NCBI GenBank assembly: GCA_025594325.1
Contig: JANHCV010000001.1
Span: 3,286,001 to 3,350,000, forward strand
Reading direction: 5' to 3'
Origin: Blastocladiella emersonii ATCC 22665
Lineage: Eukaryota > Fungi > Blastocladiomycota
Length of the DNA: 64,000 bases
Below are positions 57,065 through 64,000 of this stretch, one piece after another. Under the pieces are notes generated by a model that saw nothing but the letters and a program-made list of their open reading frames with translations, did not search any database and was not told the origin of the DNA. Numbering within the stretch: the stretch's first letter is position 1; each line of letters starts with the position of its first letter. The translations under genes and the position numbers were made by a program.

Positions 57065-59378
57065 ATGTCGTCGCCGTCGCCGCAGGCGCCCTTTTTCCGC
57101 GAGCTGCTGGCCGTCGCGAACCGCTTGGCCAAGGTGTTCGGCCCTCCGGGGTTCGAAGAGCTGGCCAACGGGCCGGGCCTCAATTCGCCTAAGGACAAGC
57201 TCGATGCGCTCATGTCCAAGCTGCTCCCGCGCCAGGTCGTCCTGCGCGCGTGGAGCAAGCTGATCCTCGAGCGGTACACGGCCGCCGACGAGTCTTCGGA
57301 GCTGATCCTCAAGGACGCGCTAGCCTGGCTGCCGCGCGCCTACGAGTCGCACTGCCTACAGGACCCCGAGGACCTGTTCGCGCGTATCTGCGTGTTCGGC
57401 GCGGTCCGCCGGCTGTGGAAGTCGACGACGATCCTCGACGAGTCATCGGGCCTCATGGGCGTCCTGAGCCCCGTCGTCAAGCTGCACCACTTCCCCGACC
57501 ACCTACTGACGCTGCCCGTCGACCTGATGCCGTGGATCCACTCGCTCGACGCGACGCTCGTCCGCCTCGCGCCCAAGGAGGTGGTCCACGCCGTGCTCAG
57601 CCTGCCGTTCACAAAGCCCGACTGGGACGACGAGCGCCAGCTGCTCGAGTCCATGATGAGCGCGCGCATCCGTACCGACACCTTCCACGGCCTCCACATG
57701 CACGCCCAGCTGCTGACCATGGCCCTGCGGTCGCCGGACAGCGAGTCCAACTCGGCCTACGAGGAGAAGCTGACGTGGATGCTCCGCGTGATGCATGGTA
57801 TGGGATACGTTGCGGCCGATCGAGCGCTCGGGCTGACGGGCGCAACGTCGTGTAGACGGTCTCAACTCGTCCTACACGCTGCCGTCGTCGGTCATCGCCA
57901 TGCTCCAGCAGCTCATCGGCGACATCGAAAGTCTCGAGAACGCCAACCTCTCGTCGCACTGCGCTCAAATGGCTCCGTGTACGTTTCACTCCCGTGCTTG
58001 GCTCTCGCTCGCTGCTGACATAAATCCGTGATCTAGTCATTACGAACAAGGCGGCCAAGACCGGTCCGCCCATGGCCATCTTCCCCGACGTGGTCCCGCC
58101 CTTCATCGCCGTACGTGGCCACGCAACCGTCGCTTCTCGCGCGCACTCACCTCCCGAGTCTCGAACAGAGCTTCCTCACGGACACGACCAAGGACCGCGT
58201 CAATTTCTCCAACGCGCAGGAGCTCAAGTTCGTCAACAACATTGTCGAGCAGGACATGGTACTCGCGTCACTCGAGGGCATCTGGGTCCAGCTCGACTCG
58301 GACACGGACCGCCTCGTCATGCCGACCCAGATCACGGTCCAGGAGCAGGCGCTCGATGTACGATGCGATGCGACCCGCGGACTGCACTGCCGCTGACCAC
58401 GAGCCGTGATACAGGAAACTCTCATTTCGTGCGCGCCGGGCGTCTTCGACCTCTCCTACAACTGCATCACCTGGAGCGGCATCGAGCGCGACGCGAACCC
58501 GGCCACGGCGACGTATGCGCCCGCGCTCACGCTCTTGTACGCTTCTCGAATCATGTCGACGCGACCTATCTCGACTGACCTTCCACAAAACTAGCTTCCC
58601 GCTGATCCAGCGCTTCTCGCTGGGCCGCGTGGTCGACGCGACAAGCCTGCCGCACGCGTCGCACACGCTGCACACGATCGGGACGGCGCGGCGCGAGGAG
58701 ACCATGATGATCAAGGCCTTCTACCTGAACATCTGCACGGCCGAGCAGACGTTCCGGTTCTATCCGTTCTACGAGCACGAGATCTACCGCGTGGTCGAGA
58801 TGGTGACGAACGCGACGGGCCTGACGCCGTTCAAGGAGGCGCAGTTTGTCAAGTACACGGTGGCCAAGCGGCTGCAGATCACGCGGCACCGGATCCTCGA
58901 GCACCTGGTCGGCAATCTCGACCACCCGTGGATCGACCACTCGGCCGAGCTGATCCGCGTGCTGCGCAAGCTGACGCAGGAGCGCGAGCCGCAGACGCTG
59001 TTCGACGTGGAGCGCCTGTACCACAGCTGCCGCCAGGAGGTCGAGGTCACCAAGGAGACGTTGCACCACCTGAGGCTCATCTGGCACAACTCGCAGTCCG
59101 AGGGCGTGCGCATGAAGGTGCTCGCCCTCGTCGACCGGCTGCTCGACCGGTCCATCATGCGCGAGGGCGACCCCAACTTCACCACGCTGTACCGGTGGCT
59201 GCGCCACCTCGAGGAGACGGTCTCGCCGTACAAGAGCGCCGAGAGCCTCAAGATCATCCTGGTCCTGCTCCAGCGCGCCAAGGCCATCCAGCTTGACCCG
59301 CTCACGCCCCAGACCCAGGTCCAGGCGTCGTTCGACCACCTCGGCGAGTACACGCGCTTCTGCTCGTACTACGCGTGA
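57065..59378 (+). CDS. Uncharacterised globular protein, multi-exon
   Basis: High-complexity GC3-biased exons can be joined through several GTA...AG introns. No family recognised. Confidence 0.65.
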
Positions 59379-59469
59379 ACTACGTGTTTGGTGGGGGAAA
59401 ATAGTACATTTTCAAAACGGTGTACACGGTGTGAGGGTATGGATACAGATCAGGATGTGGCCGACAGCA

Positions 59470-60312
59470 CTACTCCTCGGCGTGGGCGGTAGCATCGCCG
59501 TCATCGGTCGAGCGGGCGCTGCCGTACGCGAGCAGTCCGTACGAGGCGCGGATCCACGCGCGCTCGTCGCAGTAGACGGCGTAGTCGTCGATGAGCAGCG
59601 CGGCCTTGAGCGCGTCGAGCGACGTACGCCCGACGTCGCACCCGCACGCGAGGTAGCTCTGGACCGTCTGGAACGCGCGCCACGCGGCCGACTTGCGGGC
59701 GGGATCGCCGTCGACAATGTGCTCGAGGAAGTAGTACCGGCCGTCGCCGCCGGGCGCGAGTACGCGCGCCACCTCGGCCAGGTACCACGGGAGCACGGGC
59801 AGCGGGATCGTGCACAGGACCAGCGTGCAGCAGATGACGCGCTGCGACCGCGACGCGAACGGGAACATGCACGGCGTGGTGCGCGGGTCGGCGAGGTCCG
59901 CGGGCGCGATCCCGAGCGCCGTGGCGACACGGAGTGCGGTCTTGCGCAGCTCGGCCTCGTCGTCGTGGCTGCCGTCCGTGCGCAGCAGGCCGCGCGCCTT
60001 GGCCTCGTCGAGCGTCAGGTACGTGTGGTGGCGCACAAACACGCCGCGCTCGGCGGCCTTGGCCATGAGTGACTCGGGCACGGTGCCGAGCGGCGACAGC
60101 GTCTCGATGGCGGTGACGTGGTCCGGGTAGCACGGGAAATTGAGGCCGGTGCCCGGCCCGACCTCGAGGACCGACGACACGTCGCGCGGGATCTGTGTCA
60201 GCAGCTGCCGCCGCATGTGCTGCAGCGTCGGCAGGTTGCCGAGGACCAGGTCCATGAGCGGGTTCGCGACAAACTTCTCATAGGCAGCGGATAGCATCGA
60301 GGTCACGGTCAT
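59470..60312 (-). CDS. Class I SAM-dependent methyltransferase, METTL7/type-11-like
   Basis: VLEVGPGTGLNFPCYP (motif I), CTLVLCTI, EVARVLAPGG, YFLEH and CGCDVGR. Confidence 0.8.
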   Translation of the reverse strand: MTVTSMLSAAYEKFVANPLMDLVLGNLPTLQHMRRQLLTQIPRDVSSVLEVGPGTGLNFPCYPDHVTAIETLSPLGTVPESLMAKAAERGVFVRHHTYLTLDEAKARGLLRTDGSHDDEAELRKTALRVATALGIAPADLADPRTTPCMFPFASRSQRVICCTLVLCTIPLPVLPWYLAEVARVLAPGGDGRYYFLEHIVDGDPARKSAAWRAFQTVQSYLACGCDVGRTSLDALKAALLIDDYAVYCDERAWIRASYGLLAYGSARSTDDGDATAHAEE

Positions 60313-60784
60313 GGTGCATGCGATTCATCCAGCGAGGGTCGCTTGCGAGAGCGAGAGCGAGAACGGGCGGCAGCGGGCGAGTTGCCACGCTGGCCGACCG
60401 GGGGCCTGCTCGCTCGACTCAGCGTTGCGGAAGGCGGGGGGAGCGGGGAAGGTGGGCGGGCGTGGGAGCAAGTCCGAACGGGGCGACTGACCCCCAATGT
60501 GTGAGCGGTTCGCTCGATCCGGCAGGCCGGCGCTCTCCCTCACGCCTGACATCATGCAGCTCTTCACGGAATGCATCGAGTGCCGAGGGATCCGAGAGCA
60601 CGACGCGTCGGCGCGGACATCGTCCGACAGCAGCGACGTCGGCGGCGCGTGCCGACTGAGTCGGTCAGAGCAGCAGCCGTGGGAGGACCCGTGAGGCGCA
60701 ACGCGTGGCGCGCGCGCGCATGCGAGCGCCCGTCAACATCCCGACCAAGCATCAACACGCGGGCTCGCATCAGAGGGGGCTGGC

Positions 60785-60791
60785 TATAAGA
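60785..60791 (+). promoter_or_regulatory. TATA-like box (TATAAGA)
   Basis: About 60 bp upstream of the ATG at 60851. Confidence 0.3.
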
Positions 60792-60850
60792 AGGGGCGCG
60801 GGACCAGGCGCCGCGACGGCCGACATCCGCGCTCTCTGTGTATTGCTGCC

Positions 60851-61850
60851 CATGTTATCAACAACCCGAGCCTCCGTTGCTCGCATCTTCTCGACCCGCA
60901 CTGCTGCCGTCATGACCACGTCCGCAACCTCGATCGCCGTCGAGACCAGCTTCCGTGACCGCTTCGGCGCGGCTGCGGCGACCTACTCCAAGTCGCGCCC
61001 GACGTACCCGCCCGAGCTCTACGCGTACCTCGCCTCGGTCGCGCCCGGACGCGCCGTCGGCATCGACGTCGGGTGCGGCTCGGGGCAGGCATCGCGCAAC
61101 CTCGTCGACCACTTTGACCGCGTCATCGCGTGCGACGGGAGCGAGGGCCAGATCGCCCAGGCGCGCCAGGTGCTAGGTGGCGTCAAGGGCCTCGAGTTCC
61201 ACGTACGCGCGCTCTTCGTTACGCGGTTGAGGGCGACGCGGTTGCTGACTTGTTCGCTGTTAGGTCACCACGGCCGAGTCGCTTACCAAGCTCGCCGACA
61301 AGGGGTCCGTCGATCTTATCACCGTCGCTCAGGGTACGCGTCGCGATCATCGCACCGCGACCTGTCCTGACCATGTCGCACCGTGTATGTAGCGATCCAC
61401 TGGTTCGATCTCCCGACCTTCTACGCCCAGGCCGACACGCTGCTCCGCCCCGGTGGCATCCTCGCCGCCTGGACCTACCCGATTCCGTCGTTCCTCGACG
61501 AGCCCGCGCTCAACACCACGTTCCACGCCTTCTACCAGTCGCTGCACGCCGAGGGCTTCTGGGACGGCATCATCCGCAAGTACGTCGACTCGCTGTACGC
61601 CGACCTGCCGTGGCCGTACCCGTCGCTCGACCCGGCCCCCGCCCCGTGGCGCGTCGAGCGCGCGTGGCAGCGCACCGACCTCGACGGGTTCCTCGCGTCG
61701 TGGAGCGCCGTTGGCAACGCCAAGCGCACGCAGAACCGCGACGTGATCGCCGAGTGGGCCGACCGCTTCGACGCCGCGTGGCCCAAGGGCAAGACCGAGG
61801 TCAAAATCGAGTGGTCAATCCACATGAAGGTTGGGCGTAAGCCAGAGTAG
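60851..61850 (+). CDS. Class I SAM-dependent methyltransferase, type 11 (Crg1/Tmt1-like small-molecule MTase), spliced
   Basis: YSKSRPTYP, IDVGCGSGQAS, IACDGSEGQIAQA, DLITVAQ|AIHWFD and LLRPGGILAAWTY. Confidence 0.85.
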
Positions 61851-61924
61851 TCGCTGATGCTGGCCAGTCGACCGTGCAAATTTTGGATACACTTCTATGA
61901 ATCTACCACCGTCCCCGTCTTCTA

Positions 61925-64000
61925 TCACGCACTCACCATCCCCGCCGCCTGCGCGACCTTGCGCGCGACAACGTCGTCGCCCTTACGGCGGCGGAACCCG
62001 ACCGCGCGCCCACGCGCGTGTCCCGCGAGCGCCGTGGCGACACTTGCGCCGACCGGATGGTGCGCGCCGGGCAACGTCGCGTTGAAAGTACGTCTGACCA
62101 TGGGGTCCTGGGACCCGACGCCGATCCCGTACGCGTTGGGCGCCGGGTGCGTGTGTCGCGGCGACACAAGGCGCGGCTGGCGGCTGACGAACACGGCGCG
62201 CGCCGCGGCCGCGGGCCCGCGCGGGAGCGGCGACGGCTCGTACTCGCCCGGTCCGGGGCCCTCGGCGGGCACGATGCCCGCGGACCGGTCGCACGGGGTC
62301 GCGCCGAGGTCCGGCGCACCGCCTGCGCCGCGCTGCACGCCCAGCCGGCCCTTGGTCCGCAGCGCCGTGTACGCGCCCGCCACGTCGTAGGTCCCCGGCG
62401 GCGGGCCCGACGGGTCGCTGCCCGCGAACCGCTCGCGCTGGGTTCCGAACGCCGGCGCGACGGCGCCGTCGGGCCGCGACCGCGAGAACTGGTGCACGGG
62501 ACCGACGAGCCGCTTCGACCCCTGCGACCGCTTCCCGGTGCGCGACACGGGCTCGCCCGACGTGTACGTCGCGGGACCGGGCGTCCGTTTCGCGGGCGCG
62601 AGCGAGCGCTCCGTCTCGGAGAAGCGCTGCGTCGCGGTCCCGAACGGCGCCGCGGACGCGGGACGGCCGAGCGCCTGCGACTTGCGCAGCAGCGACGTCG
62701 CGATCGTGTACTTGCCCGGCCCGGGCGCGTCGGCGCCGGACGAGGTGGTGGTGGTTGTCGTCGTGGGCGTCGTGCCCGAGCGAAGCGGGCTCGACTTGTC
62801 CATGAGCTTGCGGTTCTCGGACGAGTTGAACGGCTTCATGGCGACGTGCAGCGGTTTGCGCTGCTTGGTCGCCTCGACAATGTCGTAGGCGCCCGGGCCG
62901 GGGATCGAGGCCGGCGGCATCGGGTTGCCCGTCGAGAACGGGTCGGCTGTCGGCGTGATAGACGAGTTGACAGCCTTGGCTACAGGGTTAAGCGTCAGTC
63001 AGCTGACGTCGGCGGCCATGAGCTACGATCACCTACACAGAATCGGTCCCTTCTTGAGATGCGACGCGTGCGCGCGCGGCATATCGTAGCTGCCGGGCCC
63101 CGGAACAGCCTGCCGCTGGGCCTCGTTGATCACATAGTCGCCGAACCGGATGCACCGCGACTCGTGCGACGGGTGCCACTCGGGCTTCTTGTCGCGGAAC
63201 GCCTGCCACGCCGCCGCCACGTTGTAGTTGCCGGGCCCCGGGTTCGCGCCCTCCTTCCACAGCTGCCGCTTGCTCGTCGACTTGGCGAACGAGGTGCCCG
63301 CACTCTCGCGAATGAAGCCGCCGTGCCCGAGGAGCTTGGCGCTGGCCTACACGAGCGAAGGATCGTTAGTGACAACGGCGAGATCCGCGAACGGTGACCG
63401 TACATCGCTGGCGCTCGCGAGCTTGCGCAGAGTCAGGTCACCCGCTACAAACAGCACGAGGTGAGCACATCGTTTCTCGCTTCGGATGCGCTCGATAACG
63501 TACTCGAAGACTCCTCGTAGCCATACGACTGCGCGCCGTACGGGATTGACGGCGGGACAAACTTGCGCTTCCACTGGATCCGCGAGCTGCTCGGCGGCGG
63601 CTCGCGCGTCTGCCGCGTCGCGTACAGGAGCTGGGTCGGGCGGTCGACGACGGTCGTGTCGTACGACCCGGGACCCGGCGCGCGCTGCGCCGGATCAGCG
63701 AACCGCGGTGTCCGCGAGGCGCCGAACGGGACCGCTTTCACGGGCTGGTGGTCCTCAACATCGGCGGGCTCGTAGGTACCCGGCGCGGGGCCCGACCGGC
63801 GGGCCACCTCGTCAAAGTAGCATACTCGCGGGGTGATGCTCGAGAAGGGTGCGGCACTGCATGGAGCGGGTTAGCATCCGCCGGGTGCGTTTTGGACGAC
63901 CAGCTCACATACGCCTGTGGCAGAGTCGACGACGGCAGCACCGTGGCCGTCGGGTCCTCCTGGTAGTAGCCCGGCCCGATGTTCGGGTTCGTGGTGGTCG
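61925..64000 (-). CDS. Sperm-tail PG-rich (SHIPPO/STPGR) repeat axonemal protein, STPG2-like; 5' end lies beyond the window
   Basis: Many PGPGxY repeats (NIGPGYY, APGPGSY, PGPGAY, TPGPATY, PGPGEY, PAPNAY), plus PPSIPYGAQSYGYE as in STPG2. Confidence 0.8.

Noticed and set aside
1-64000. Numerous long ORFs antisense to or frameshifted against real genes (for example 40838-44392 minus, 11292-13856 minus, 5437-7572 plus)
   Set aside because: These are shadow ORFs caused by extreme GC3 bias. They are Arg/Gly/Ala-rich with no motifs, and they overlap well-supported genes.
1-64000. CRISPR arrays, rRNA or tRNA genes
   Set aside because: No regularly spaced repeat-spacer array, rRNA-like block or convincing cloverleaf was seen. 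The repeats found are coding microsatellites, TIRs or inverted duplications.
61925-64000. Periodic CCGGGCCC-type nucleotide repeats
   Set aside because: They are fully explained by the encoded PGPGxY repeats of the STPG2-like protein.

Overview
GC-rich, gene-dense eukaryotic DNA with short GT-AG introns (mostly GTACG donors and CTGAC/CTAAC-like branch points). The gene set combines fungal-type genes (THR4, CAF16, fungal-type AAA ATPase, NoxA-type oxidase), flagellar genes (ARL6/BBS3, STPG2-like) and genes better known from animals (LMBRD1, STYX, ZNF511). This points to a zoosporic early-diverging fungus (inference). About 27 protein-coding loci can be supported. Two accessory patches stand out. 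(1) 32.5-39.9 kb holds a decayed inverted fragment of an AAA ATPase; a 2.2-kb PIF/Harbinger-group DNA transposon with 113-bp TIRs, carrying a transposase broken by one stop codon plus a convergent non-Myb ORF with a degenerate HNH/His-Me-finger-like motif; an intact AAA ATPase; and a roughly 1.37-kb long inverted repeat. (2) 46.6-51.0 kb holds an intronless, lower-GC tandem array of three orphan GPCR-like 7-8 TM genes, one of them a pseudogene. Other points of interest are a STYX-family protein that keeps the catalytic CX5R, an ARL6 with Asn at the switch-II Gln position, and a secreted Gly/Ala repeat protein divergent from the Nox gene. All family calls come from motif recognition by eye; no database search was run.
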